Origin: Candidatus Aenigmatarchaeota archaeon
GTDB taxonomy: Archaea > Aenigmatarchaeota > Aenigmatarchaeia > GW2011-AR5
Reading direction: 5' to 3'
DNA length: 64,000 nt
Assembly (NCBI GenBank): GCA_041645025.1
Contig: JBAZQV010000001.1
Coordinates: 1,519 to 65,518 of the forward strand
The position numbers and the translations under genes are program-made. Positions 27,592 through 37,533 of this stretch are shown in pieces. The notes beneath the pieces were generated by a model. That model ran no database searches. It worked only from the letters and a program-made list of their open reading frames with translations, and was not told where the DNA came from. Numbering within the stretch: the stretch's first letter is position 1; every line of letters begins with the position of its first letter.

Positions 27592-29310
27592 ATGACGCTT
27601 CGGATAACAGGTGAAAATATGACTTATACTGTGGGTATTTCAACGGGCTTCTGGCGGGTAGCAAGAGACCCGGCGCTGCTCGGCTTGGCGCAGAAGATAG
27701 GTGGCTTGGGCGCTACGGGCGGGATACGGTTCGTGCAGCTTGATCTTGAATCTGTTGCCGAGTTCTATGAACCAGAAGTCAAAGTCCAGGTAAAGAGAAT
27801 GAAGGACAAACTAGGAATGTTGTTTGTCGGGCTTCATGGCGAGATAGGCGAGCTGATGGCCTTGGACTCTGCGGAAAAAAGGATATGGGACCAGACGCAC
27901 AGGAGACTGTGCCAGACAGCAAGATATGCCGCTGATCTCGGCTTCTTTTATGTAAACATTCACATGTCAAACAAACAGGTGATCTCCTTTACAGAGGCAC
28001 AACACCGCACACAAGGATATTTCTACCCTGTTGTCGGACCTGATGGAAAAGGGCTGCAAAGCATTATCATGGGCAATACAAAAATATATGACGAGGCAAA
28101 GAAGCATATACCCATGCATACCATAACTAGGAGCAATACGTTTAATGAAGAATATAAAAAATTACAGCAAGAAAAACTGAAACAACTTCCTGAAATTCTT
28201 GAGCACATTGCCGAACGAGAGCTAGAGCGATACCCTCCAGAACAAAGGACAGATGAATTAAAGAAGGCAATAAAAAAGCAACACGAAGATAAAGCTCGAC
28301 AAGACCTTCTAGACCAAGCATCTAATACTGCATACAGGGATGAAAGATTTCAATTTGATGTCTGGCTGAAACTGGGGAACAGCGAAGCAGAAAAATACCA
28401 GTTGGATGACGGCGAGTGGGGTGCATTTCATCTTGTGGCGCACTGGATGAAGGAAAAGGGCGATTCTTACTGGACCAACATTGCAGGCGGCAAGGATCCT
28501 CAATCACTTTATTTCGAGAATGAGAACGCGTTCTGCGCCGCTGTTGCTTCCAAGTATATAGAAGGCCATTTCACGCTGAAGGATAACCCGGCGAACAGGG
28601 AGTTCCTCGACGGCATGAGCATAAAGGAATGGTGCGAGGCAAAAAACCTGTACATGCTTACAGAGAACCCGGAATCAGGAGAAGGTGCAGAAGGCCTCTA
28701 CCGGCTTTTCCGGCCAGAACACTACTACTATACAATAAAACATATCAATTCGCCGAAAATAAAAATATGCCTGGATTTTGAACACATGGTTTCCCAGGGC
28801 CTTGACCCGGACGTTGAATTGAAAAAACTGCCTGATGACTTTGGCAAGATGGTTGTTCTCTTTCACCTAGGTCAGCCTGTTCCCTACGGCGGAACAGCAC
28901 ATATACCTGTATCACGCGGTTCGCTGGCCCAGGAGCAGATTTACCGGTGGCTTTATCTGATGAAGAAAAAAGGATGGAAAGACGGTTATGTACTATTTGA
29001 AAGAGGCGGCGGCAGGACAGGAAAAGGCGCGCTCCCTCAGGAAGTCTTTGAGGACACTGTCACGGCGCTAAGATGGATTGTGACTTTCCTGGAGCGCGAC
29101 GTGAAGCCGGAGGACCTGCCGCCCGAATTCTACGGCATTTCATTGCAGAATGAGCCGGTTTTTGCTAGGCAGCTTGTAGCAATGAGAGAGCATGCATGGG
29201 ATCCTCTTGAAGGATTGCTTAGCGTGCCTGAAGAAAAGCATACATTTCTGGGCAAGACAGCTGTTGACAAGGGCAAGGGCCAGGAATGGGAAAAGAGGAA
29301 ATTCAGATAA
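27592..29310 (+). CDS. Xylose-isomerase-like / endonuclease IV-like TIM-barrel protein with large insertions (572 aa)
   Basis: VGISTGFW...GGIRFVQL N-terminus; FYVNIHMS, ICLDFEHM and FHLGQ segments resemble AP endonuclease family 2 / sugar-phosphate isomerase metal-binding motifs. Confidence 0.4.
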   Translation: MTLRITGENMTYTVGISTGFWRVARDPALLGLAQKIGGLGATGGIRFVQLDLESVAEFYEPEVKVQVKRMKDKLGMLFVGLHGEIGELMALDSAEKRIWDQTHRRLCQTARYAADLGFFYVNIHMSNKQVISFTEAQHRTQGYFYPVVGPDGKGLQSIIMGNTKIYDEAKKHIPMHTITRSNTFNEEYKKLQQEKLKQLPEILEHIAERELERYPPEQRTDELKKAIKKQHEDKARQDLLDQASNTAYRDERFQFDVWLKLGNSEAEKYQLDDGEWGAFHLVAHWMKEKGDSYWTNIAGGKDPQSLYFENENAFCAAVASKYIEGHFTLKDNPANREFLDGMSIKEWCEAKNLYMLTENPESGEGAEGLYRLFRPEHYYYTIKHINSPKIKICLDFEHMVSQGLDPDVELKKLPDDFGKMVVLFHLGQPVPYGGTAHIPVSRGSLAQEQIYRWLYLMKKKGWKDGYVLFERGGGRTGKGALPQEVFEDTVTALRWIVTFLERDVKPEDLPPEFYGISLQNEPVFARQLVAMREHAWDPLEGLLSVPEEKHTFLGKTAVDKGKGQEWEKRKFR

Positions 29311-29326
29311 GTCTTTCTTCTTTAAG

Positions 29327-29393
29327 CTTTTCTTAGAAAGAAAACCTTGGAAAAGAACTATTATAGAAAAAGTGGCTTGCAGTCAAAAAGAAC
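29327..29393 (+). promoter_or_regulatory. U-rich palindrome plus BRE/TATA-like module (TTTTCTTAGAAAGAAAA ... AAAAGAACTATTATAGAAAAAGTGGCTTGCAGTCAAAAAGAAC)
   Basis: Immediately after the stop of the 572-aa gene; shares GTGGCTTGCRGTCAAA with the module at 1700. Confidence 0.4.
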
Positions 29394-29484
29394 TTATTAT
29401 ATTTTCGGCTCACTGACGTTCGCAGTGTGTAGAGTCTTAGCTAGCTTTTAGTTATTGTTTCAAACTACAGCAATAAAGCTTAAA

Positions 29485-29508
29485 TATATGTTTAAACATA
29501 TGTTTAAA
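29485..29508 (+). promoter_or_regulatory. Tandem palindromic candidate operator (ATATGTTTAAAC x2) abutting the VapB start
   Basis: Two direct copies of a 12-mer containing the palindrome GTTTAAAC immediately 5' of the ATG at 29510. Confidence 0.45.
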
Positions 29509-29509
29509 C

Positions 29510-29746
29510 ATGGTAAAAACAATAACGGTCACGAACGAGGCGTACGAAATGCTCCGAAAAATGAAGAGCGGGGACGAAAGCTTCAGCGAAGTCATAAAGC
29601 GCGTAGCCAAGCCGAGAGTAAACCTGAGGGATTATTTCGGCATACTTCCAAAAGAAGGTGCAGAAGAAGCCCGCAAATCTCTTAAGGAAAGAAGGAAACG
29701 AATCTCGAAATCCATAGAGGCAAGAAAAAATGTTTATTCTAGATAG
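29510..29746 (+). CDS. vapB: VapB-family antitoxin
   Basis: 78 aa; similar to the three other small proteins that precede PIN genes in this window; overlaps the PIN gene. Confidence 0.55.
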   Translation: MVKTITVTNEAYEMLRKMKSGDESFSEVIKRVAKPRVNLRDYFGILPKEGAEEARKSLKERRKRISKSIEARKNVYSR

Positions 29747-30095
29747 CTCGGCTATTATTGAAATATTTCACGGCACAGAAGCAGGAAATAAAATCGTGAT
29801 GTTTCTGGAAGGAAAAAAGTTTTCTGTGACATCGTTTAGCGTGTACGAAATATTTTTCAGGGAAAAGGAAAAAGAAAAACTGAATGAGCTAATAAGCAGC
29901 ACGGACATTTTTGTTTTTGATGAAGGCGCGGCGGAGACTGCGGTTTCTATAGAAAAGAACCTTAAGAAGTCGGGCAGCATGATAAACGATATAGATATTT
30001 TCATCGCAGCCATATGCATGCAGACGAATTCCACACTCATAACCTGCGATAACGATTTCAAAAAAATTTCCGGACTCGATGCAGCCTTTTTCTGA
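29730..30095 (+). CDS. vapC: PIN-domain ribonuclease toxin VapC
   Basis: MFILDSSAIIEI... with acidic residues in PIN positions; 121 aa. Confidence 0.7.
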   Translation: MFILDSSAIIEIFHGTEAGNKIVMFLEGKKFSVTSFSVYEIFFREKEKEKLNELISSTDIFVFDEGAAETAVSIEKNLKKSGSMINDIDIFIAAICMQTNSTLITCDNDFKKISGLDAAFF

Positions 30096-30195
30096 GCAAG
30101 CAATTAACTTTATATATACTACCATGCAGTAATACTTATAGTCCTGTAGATTGTGGTATTTATAGGATTAAAAATCAAGTTAATTGTGATTAAAA

Positions 30196-31353
30196 ATGGA
30201 AAACCCACCGAAATCTGACGCAAAACTGAAAAAGAAGCAGGAACTTTTCAGGAAAAACCAGCTGGCTCTTGCCAACAGGTTCAAGGACGAGGTTCTCAAG
30301 CAGTACAAGGGCATGGTAAAAGCGGTCGTGCTTTTCGGCTCGCTGACACGCAGCGATTTTCACGATAAAAGCGATATAGACATGCTGGTTATCATAGACG
30401 ACGTCATGGCACGGCTCACGCCGGAGATGAAGGACGATCTGGACGACAGGCTTTATGATATTGCAAAGAAAATTTCAGAGAGCATGACAGTGCAGCCTGC
30501 TTGGATGCTTTCAGAATTCTGGGACATGGCACGCATTGGTCATCCGCTTCTCTTTACCATAGTGCGCGACGGCTGGGCACTTTACGATACAGGTTTCTTC
30601 ATACCAATCCGCAAGTTGCTGGAGATGGGCAAGATACCCACGACGCTGGAAGCTGTGGAGAAGTTCATGGAGACGGCGCCGCAAAAAATCAACCGGGTTG
30701 AAACAGCCAAGTTGTATATGGTAGCCGAGGATCTATATTACTCAATGCTTAACAGCTCCCAGGCTGTTCTTATGTATATGGGGCTTAACCCACCATCACC
30801 AAAGCACACACCACTTGATGTCAAGGAACATCTGGTGGATGCAAAGCTGCTGGAGGAAAACTACTTGCAGGACCTGCAGAGCGTTATAGAATTCAGAAAA
30901 GCTGTGGAGCACAAGGAAGTCAAGGATATAACGGGCCAGCAGCTGGATGATTTCATACAAAAAGCTAAGCAGTATGTTTCTCGCATGGAACAACTTCTCC
31001 TGCAGTTGCAGAAAAAGAAGAAAGAAACCATAGTCCACAAGAACTACGAGGTTATGATAAAGGCGGCTGTAGCTGCGCTAAAGAAGATAGAAAAGCTCCC
31101 GCCGGACCCGAAGGATCTTCCGCATGCTGTAAAGGAATATTTGATAGATGCCAAACGCATTGATCCCTACTTTTCCGATGTTTTCAAGCGCGTTATAACA
31201 ATGAGGAAGATGCTGGATGAGGACAAGGTAAATGAAATACCGCAGAGGGACATAGAACTTACGCGGGAGTATGTACGCAGATTTGTCCAGGATCTGAGGC
31301 CGATAATAGAGCCACCTCCTAAGAAGTCGGTTTCTAAAAAGAAGAAAAGGTGA
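30196..31353 (+). CDS. Minimal nucleotidyltransferase (Pol beta-type) fused to a long helical HEPN-like C-terminal region
   Basis: LFGSLTRSDFHDKSDIDMLVI matches GS-x9-DxD; a C-terminal R-x4-H (RKAVEH) lies within helical repeats. Confidence 0.6.
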   Translation: MENPPKSDAKLKKKQELFRKNQLALANRFKDEVLKQYKGMVKAVVLFGSLTRSDFHDKSDIDMLVIIDDVMARLTPEMKDDLDDRLYDIAKKISESMTVQPAWMLSEFWDMARIGHPLLFTIVRDGWALYDTGFFIPIRKLLEMGKIPTTLEAVEKFMETAPQKINRVETAKLYMVAEDLYYSMLNSSQAVLMYMGLNPPSPKHTPLDVKEHLVDAKLLEENYLQDLQSVIEFRKAVEHKEVKDITGQQLDDFIQKAKQYVSRMEQLLLQLQKKKKETIVHKNYEVMIKAAVAALKKIEKLPPDPKDLPHAVKEYLIDAKRIDPYFSDVFKRVITMRKMLDEDKVNEIPQRDIELTREYVRRFVQDLRPIIEPPPKKSVSKKKKR

Positions 31354-31357
31354 TCAG

Positions 31358-31672
31358 GTGCTGTCAGTTAGCTGCGGTTTTAGAGCACGTTACCCGACAG
31401 AGAGAGCACGGGCAATAGCAGGCATAAAGAACGATTTGTACAATCTCGGTCTTCTTTCCGGCATGTCCCAATCAGTTTTTCATGGCGACTTGCATAGTGT
31501 AGGCACAACTGCAAGGCGAATTAGAATCGGCGTCGTACCCTATTTGCAGACTTTGAATGACTATCCAAATGTACGCGCCCTTTGGCAGGGTGCGGTGGAA
31601 GAGATAATTGGTGATTACATGGCGGCAGCAGAAAGAAACATGAGACAGCGCCGAGACAATCATAATCTTTAA
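31358..31672 (+). CDS. Hypothetical protein
   Basis: 104-aa ORF. Confidence 0.3.
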   Translation: MLSVSCGFRARYPTERARAIAGIKNDLYNLGLLSGMSQSVFHGDLHSVGTTARRIRIGVVPYLQTLNDYPNVRALWQGAVEEIIGDYMAAAERNMRQRRDNHNL

Positions 31673-32134
31673 AAGCTTTTACTTTTAAGTAATAACAAGG
31701 TTTAACTATGTCAATGAAAATAATAAAACACAGCCCTTTAACATTCAGACATGACGACGGCACCACAAGAATTTTTAGTGGTTATTCGCTGAATGTGCAT
31801 CCTCACGGTGCTGACGTTTATTGCGACGGAAGGCCAACAGATATGTGCTTTGGCGAACATGCGGACGTAGGTAATATTTATGGTGCTGTTGTGGAAGATA
31901 CACGTAAAAAGGTGAAATAAAAATGGGATATGAATTTCATGTGCACGGACTGTGGGTTCTCGGAGCGCTGTCGTTTTTTGTAGGCACGCTAATAGCAGGA
32001 AACCTGGAATGGGTTGAGGGCACGACAAATGCTTCCTTCATACTCTCGGTGATAATTGCATTCCTGTTCATATTGTTTGCAGGCGCACTGTGGATTTCTG
32101 CAGCTGTTAATGCAAGACAGGAACAAAGATAAAT

Positions 32135-32968
32135 ATGCCAACACAAGCCGAAGTTTCCATAGGCAGAAAATTTGATGTGCCAAAATCAGCTTCTGTTTAT
32201 CCGTTAATAGGCAAGGCATACACAAGCCCTTCTCATTCTTTTTCATGTTCTCCAACACTGGTCAGAACTGACAAGAACTATTATGATTCTCTTCAGGCAC
32301 TCGCAGCGATGATAGAACGAGGCGAGCTGTCAGCAGACACAAGATTCATGACACAGGCAGAAGGTCTTGGCATAGAGAATTCTTACAAGAGACAGGGCAA
32401 AGACCCAAGAAAAGCGGATGAGTTCAGGGATTATTTCGCTAAAAACAGGGACAAAGTTTATTTGTGGGAATGGACATCAACAGGTCTGCGTGTTCCAAAA
32501 GGCTGGGAAAAAGGGCGAGTTGACAGCGATGGCAAATATCCAAGAATTATTATCGAGACTGATATTCACAAAGCCATAGAGTTACTGAGGGGCGGGGCTA
32601 TATGGCAAGACATCGGAGACAGCCTGAACAGAGCAGTCGGGGAACTACGGGTTCCTTCAGGCGGCGGAAAAGTCATAGTTGAATCGGACGAGGTATTTGG
32701 CATACCGACAGAAGCAAGAGATATAGCATTCCCTCACGAAGGTTATCATTCTCACTGGCATTTCAACGCAGCACCAGAATTGGATACAGCATCAGGCCAA
32801 TATGACGTTGCTGTGTTACGCGGGGGCTACTGGCGTCGCGACGAGAGGTGCCTGAACGTCGATGCGGACTACAGGCGCTGGGACGCGGGCTCGGCCGATG
32901 GCTTCCGTCCAGTTCGGGGTTCGGTTCCAGAAATTGATGTTTTTAGATTAGTGCGAGAACAGAGATAG
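32135..32968 (+). CDS. Hypothetical protein
   Basis: 277-aa ORF; no motif recognised. Confidence 0.4.
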   Translation: MPTQAEVSIGRKFDVPKSASVYPLIGKAYTSPSHSFSCSPTLVRTDKNYYDSLQALAAMIERGELSADTRFMTQAEGLGIENSYKRQGKDPRKADEFRDYFAKNRDKVYLWEWTSTGLRVPKGWEKGRVDSDGKYPRIIIETDIHKAIELLRGGAIWQDIGDSLNRAVGELRVPSGGGKVIVESDEVFGIPTEARDIAFPHEGYHSHWHFNAAPELDTASGQYDVAVLRGGYWRRDERCLNVDADYRRWDAGSADGFRPVRGSVPEIDVFRLVREQR

Positions 32969-33344
32969 GCATGATACGCATCAAAGCTGTGATACTTACA
33001 GCAGCTGCTTATGTATCGACGATTGGAATTCTTTCTTACAATACAATGAGTAAGCCATCGTATCCCGTTGCTTCGGTTTCTCAGTCCGACTCGAGAAAAC
33101 CGCCAAGCTTTTTGATTTACAGCAGAGCTTGCGATGGAAAATACGACGGAGTCAGACAGCTTGACGCAGGCACGCTGATGGATCACCCTTTTTTCGAGCC
33201 GCTTGCCGTCAAGGATGCTGCTGCGGAAGCAATAGGAGCAATCGACCAGCTGAATCTTGGCGTGAAATACGATGTATTTTTTCAGAGATGCAGGGCACAG
33301 CCAAACACAAAATTAAGAGAAATATAAAACCGAATTTTTATCAA

Positions 33345-33920
33345 TCAGGCAGCTACGACTTTCTTTTCATCAACGACTTCTGTTCGGCGGATTTCTATGC
33401 TGCCTACAGGGTAAACTTTGCTGCAGTCTTTTTTCAGCTTGTACTGCAGGTCACCGGTTATCACAGCATTAATGAATTCGTCAAGGTTCATTTTTTTTGC
33501 AGCCTCTCCTATGATGTCTATGGCAGTCTTGCGCGTATCGTTCTTGGTCGAGCTGCCGACGCGCTTTATCAGCATGAAAACAGTCTTGACACGGACCTTT
33601 ACGCCGTCCTTGGTTACCACGTCCTGAACTGCATCAACACGGCGACCGTGTCGCTGAACCATCCTGTATATGCGTTCACGCATACATTCATGGCCTACAA
33701 GTTTTGTGTGGGCTATGTGACCGTCTATTGAGTCTATCCTGACCTTTATTTTTACGTAGAATTTTGAGTAATTTCTTGAAATTTCAATCAGACTTACGTT
33801 AAGGGTTCTTCCCATCAGTTGCCTTGGATCGGCAGCCAGCGTTTCGCCTATTGATTTGCCGCCGAACATCTCGGGTGCCATTACTTCGTACCATTGTTTT
33901 TTTACTGCCATAATTATCAC
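33345..33920 (-). CDS. rps3ae: 30S ribosomal protein S3Ae (eS1)
   Basis: MAVKKQWYEVMAPEMFGG... is a typical S3Ae N-terminus. Confidence 0.85.
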   Translation of the reverse strand: MIIMAVKKQWYEVMAPEMFGGKSIGETLAADPRQLMGRTLNVSLIEISRNYSKFYVKIKVRIDSIDGHIAHTKLVGHECMRERIYRMVQRHGRRVDAVQDVVTKDGVKVRVKTVFMLIKRVGSSTKNDTRKTAIDIIGEAAKKMNLDEFINAVITGDLQYKLKKDCSKVYPVGSIEIRRTEVVDEKKVVAA

Positions 33921-33998
33921 GAAAAATCGTGGCGATTCATATGACGTATTGCTAATTTCGTCTTCCCTTACTTGCGTCAGAAGTTTTAAAAAGGTTGA

Positions 33999-34766
33999 TT
34001 ATGCTGCTCTATCGAGAAGCACTTCTGCTACACCTGGTCTTTGAAGCATCATTTCTTCGTCACTTATATCCTCTTTTTCTAATTCGTAGGGGAAATTAAG
34101 CCATATAGGTTTACCGTCGTTCATAGGATAATCTCTTATACAAAAATCTGGTTTTAAGCCTGTCAAATTTGCATAAGATTTTTGATATGGTGCTGCAATA
34201 GTTACTTCTGCATCAAAAGGTATTATGTCAGTAATCATGGGCATTTGGATTGTATAAGTGGTTCCATCGGCCCTTATTTCAAAATTATACAAAGTGTAAC
34301 TACGTGGGCCTAGTTTAATCGCATCTTTTGGTTCAAGTGCTTTTGCTTTACCATCCCTGACAACAAATGCCTTATCAGCATCCCTTCTTCGTAATCCGTT
34401 TACGGCAACGGTGCTTAATGAATGACCTGTTACCGTGCTGTCTAATACATCATCAGCGAAACAGATTTTTTTTAGTCTAAATGCTCTTGCGTATCTTGTA
34501 AGGTCACCCATGTTATAAACCCTTATTAGGGTTGACCTATTTCCTACTCCTTTTTCGTAGGACTTGCCTGTTACAGGAAAATGTGTGTGGTCTGCTCCAA
34601 GCCGTTTTAATGCCCCAGTTACGTAAGCTGCAGCATGGGCGCCACCTCGCCATACACCAGCTACAATGTCTGGTCTATAACCAGTGTCATACATTTGTTT
34701 TGCAAGTTTTGAACAATCAACTTCGAGCTCTTCCGTTGTTATAAAAATTTTATCTGGTACTACCAT
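33999..34766 (-). CDS. Hypothetical protein with a phosphoribosyltransferase-like N-terminal segment
   Basis: DIVAGVWRGGAHAAAYV resembles the PRTase nucleotide-binding loop; weak. Confidence 0.3.
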   Translation of the reverse strand: MVVPDKIFITTEELEVDCSKLAKQMYDTGYRPDIVAGVWRGGAHAAAYVTGALKRLGADHTHFPVTGKSYEKGVGNRSTLIRVYNMGDLTRYARAFRLKKICFADDVLDSTVTGHSLSTVAVNGLRRRDADKAFVVRDGKAKALEPKDAIKLGPRSYTLYNFEIRADGTTYTIQMPMITDIIPFDAEVTIAAPYQKSYANLTGLKPDFCIRDYPMNDGKPIWLNFPYELEKEDISDEEMMLQRPGVAEVLLDRAA

Positions 34767-34859
34767 ACTTGAACTAAAATCAAAATATTCTTAAAGACGA
34801 TGTTGCGCGTAATTGTCGTCTCGAAGCAATATTTAATCCTTTATTCACAACCTTTATTT

Positions 34860-36506
34860 ATGAACTTCTTGCAGTTAGCCGAACTTTATGAAAAGCTGGA
34901 CGCTACACCAAAGAAACTGGAAAAGCGGGATATTCTGGCGGACTTTTACAAAAGGTGTGCCGACGCGGATTTGTACAGGGCCGTGGTGCTTTCCATGGCA
35001 ACAGTTTTTCCAAGGGGCGAGCAGGAACTTGGCATAGCTACTGGAATGATAAAGAGGGTAGTGGAACGAGTGTCAGGCGCTTCGGAGAAAGAGGTCATGG
35101 AAAAATTCAAAACGACCGGCGACCTTGGCTTAGCTGTGGAGAAACTGATGGAGAAAAGAAAGCAGGTTTCTTTGGCAAAACGCAATCTTACCATAGATCA
35201 CGTTTTTGACAACCTCAGAAAGCTGCCGTCAATTGCTGGAAGCGGCAGCCAGGACATGAAAATTTCACTTATCGCTGAGCTGCTCTCTTCTGCGAGCCCA
35301 AAGGAGGCGCGCTATATTGTAAGAACTGCTTTAGGCCAGATGAGGATTGGAGTTGCCGCAGGTATTGTCCGCGACGCCATAGCAAAAGCGTTTGACCAGA
35401 ATCCAAAGGAACTGGAGAAAATTTATGATGTGCTTGGGGATTATGGCCGCGTCGCAGAGCAGGCAAAAAAGGGTAAATTGAAAGCAAAAATACAAGTGGG
35501 GCAGCCGATTCGCGTCATGCTCGCTGACCGGGCTGCTGATATACGAGAAGCTATGACCAAGTTTGAAAAACCAGCCGTAGAATATAAATATGATGGCTTC
35601 AGAATCCAGATTCACAAGAACGGCTCCGAAGTAAGTGTTTTTTCACGTCGCATGGAAAATGTTACAAAACAATTTCCAGATATAGTCACACTAGCAAGGA
35701 AATACATAAATTGCAAACAATGTATAATCGAGGGCGAAGCAGTTGTCATAAAGGATGGAAGACCACAACCTTTTCAGCTTCTCTCGAAAAGGATACAACG
35801 CAAATACGATATTGAAAAGATGGTCAGAGAAATTCCGATCCAGGTCAATCTTTTTGACCTGCTCTATCTTGATGGCATTTCCTATATTGATGAACCACTT
35901 ACGGAAAGATGGAATTCTCTCAAGAAAATAATAACCCAGGACAAATCATTCAGGTTTGCTGATCATATAGAGACAAATGACATGGATGACGCTGCAGAGT
36001 TCTATGAGTCGGCTTTAACGGCAAGCCAGGAAGGAGTTATAATCAAGAACATGGAGGCTCGCTATCAGCCAGGCAAACGCGTTGGCTTCTGGCTAAAGGT
36101 CAAGGAAATACTTGAACCGCTTGACCTTGTCGTTGTCGGAGCTGAATGGGGTGAGGGCAAGAGAGCGAAATGGCTGTCTTCGGTTATTCTTGCTGCCTGG
36201 AAAGGAAATAAACTGGTTGCGACAGGCAGGATGGCTTCTGGATTCACAGAAGATCAGCTAGAAACATTAACGAAAACACTGAAGCCACTTATAATCAAAG
36301 AAGAAGGAAAAGTTGTTTCGGTCAAGCCGGTTGTCGTGATAGAAATCGGCTATGAAGAGATACAGCGCAGCCCTAAATACGAAAGTGGTTATGCTCTTCG
36401 CTTTCCAAGACTGCTACGACTCAGGACGGAGGAAAAGAAGCCTGAGGACGCGGACACGGTCACAACGATAGAAAAATTATTCAAGATGCAGAGGGGTAGG
36501 AAATGA
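34860..36506 (+). CDS. lig: ATP-dependent DNA ligase (start trimmed to MNFLQLAELYEKL)
   Basis: KYDGFRIQIH adenylation motif I; roughly 548 aa after start trimming. Confidence 0.9.
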   Translation: MNFLQLAELYEKLDATPKKLEKRDILADFYKRCADADLYRAVVLSMATVFPRGEQELGIATGMIKRVVERVSGASEKEVMEKFKTTGDLGLAVEKLMEKRKQVSLAKRNLTIDHVFDNLRKLPSIAGSGSQDMKISLIAELLSSASPKEARYIVRTALGQMRIGVAAGIVRDAIAKAFDQNPKELEKIYDVLGDYGRVAEQAKKGKLKAKIQVGQPIRVMLADRAADIREAMTKFEKPAVEYKYDGFRIQIHKNGSEVSVFSRRMENVTKQFPDIVTLARKYINCKQCIIEGEAVVIKDGRPQPFQLLSKRIQRKYDIEKMVREIPIQVNLFDLLYLDGISYIDEPLTERWNSLKKIITQDKSFRFADHIETNDMDDAAEFYESALTASQEGVIIKNMEARYQPGKRVGFWLKVKEILEPLDLVVVGAEWGEGKRAKWLSSVILAAWKGNKLVATGRMASGFTEDQLETLTKTLKPLIIKEEGKVVSVKPVVVIEIGYEEIQRSPKYESGYALRFPRLLRLRTEEKKPEDADTVTTIEKLFKMQRGRK

Positions 36507-36940
36507 AACCTAAATCAGCGCAAAACAGCACATTAATAGAGTTGCACGTACCCAGCTTTGAAAAAGCGAAGAAATTTTATAACAAACTCGGGTTCAAGGT
36601 AGTATGGGAAAACAGGCCAAAAGGTGTTGATGGTTATCTTGTAATGAAGTGCAATAATAATATTCTGTGTTTCTGGCCTGGCAACAAATATGTGTGGGAT
36701 CACGAATATTTTAAGTACTGGCCTAAAAATACAAAAAGAGGTTATGCTGTTGAAATAGTTGTTATGGTAGATGACGTAGAGAAATTTTATGAGAGGGTGA
36801 GGAAATTTTCAAAGGTCGTTGAAGAATTAAAAGTGCAGCCATGGGGCTTGAAAGATTTTCGTATAGAGGACCCATTTGGATTTTACATAAGAATAACAGA
36901 GACACACAATATACTAAATTCAGAGAACATCATTCAATAA
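36503..36940 (+). CDS. Glyoxalase/bleomycin-resistance (VOC) family protein
   Basis: 145 aa; beta-alpha-beta(3) pattern and size are consistent; low specificity. Confidence 0.45.
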   Translation: MKPKSAQNSTLIELHVPSFEKAKKFYNKLGFKVVWENRPKGVDGYLVMKCNNNILCFWPGNKYVWDHEYFKYWPKNTKRGYAVEIVVMVDDVEKFYERVRKFSKVVEELKVQPWGLKDFRIEDPFGFYIRITETHNILNSENIIQ

Positions 36941-36958
36941 TTTTATGATAAGATTTTT

Positions 36959-37396
36959 ATGAACGAGAAGAAGTTTCATGTGGGAATAAAGGCGCTGGTG
37001 CAAAATGATAAGAATGAGATACTGGTCTTGAAGATAAACCCAAAAGAACTTACAAATAATAAACATGGTGTTTACTGGGATTTGCCTGGCGGACGTATTA
37101 AAGAAGGCGATAGCGTAGAACAAACGCTGCAAAAAGAACTTGAAGAAGAAATCGGCTACATCGGTCATATAAAAAATGTAAATTTGTTTCACGGCAGCAT
37201 AGCAAGTATTGAAATCCCTGTCGGCGAAGAAAAATTCGGATTGGTCCTTTTTGTTTATTCGTGCAAAATAAAGATGGGAAAAATAAAACTCAGCGAAGAG
37301 CATACAGATTACAAATGGGCCTCACTCAAAGATGCAAAGAAGCTTTTGGCCGTTAAGTTCTCGAAAGATTTTATAGAAAGATTAGATTCCCTCTAG
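36959..37396 (+). CDS. NUDIX hydrolase
   Basis: Nudix box GGRIKEGDSVEQTLQKELEEEIGY. Confidence 0.8.
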   Translation: MNEKKFHVGIKALVQNDKNEILVLKINPKELTNNKHGVYWDLPGGRIKEGDSVEQTLQKELEEEIGYIGHIKNVNLFHGSIASIEIPVGEEKFGLVLFVYSCKIKMGKIKLSEEHTDYKWASLKDAKKLLAVKFSKDFIERLDSL

Positions 37397-37533
37397 AAAA
37401 ATCTCCAATCAGACACTTTAGCAAATAACAATTGCGAGTGGCACTTAGGACATTCTTCCGGAGCCTGCTCTGCTTCTATTTTAAGCGCGCAGCTCATGCA
37501 CTGCCAGGTGGATTTCTCCGGGATTTCCATAAT

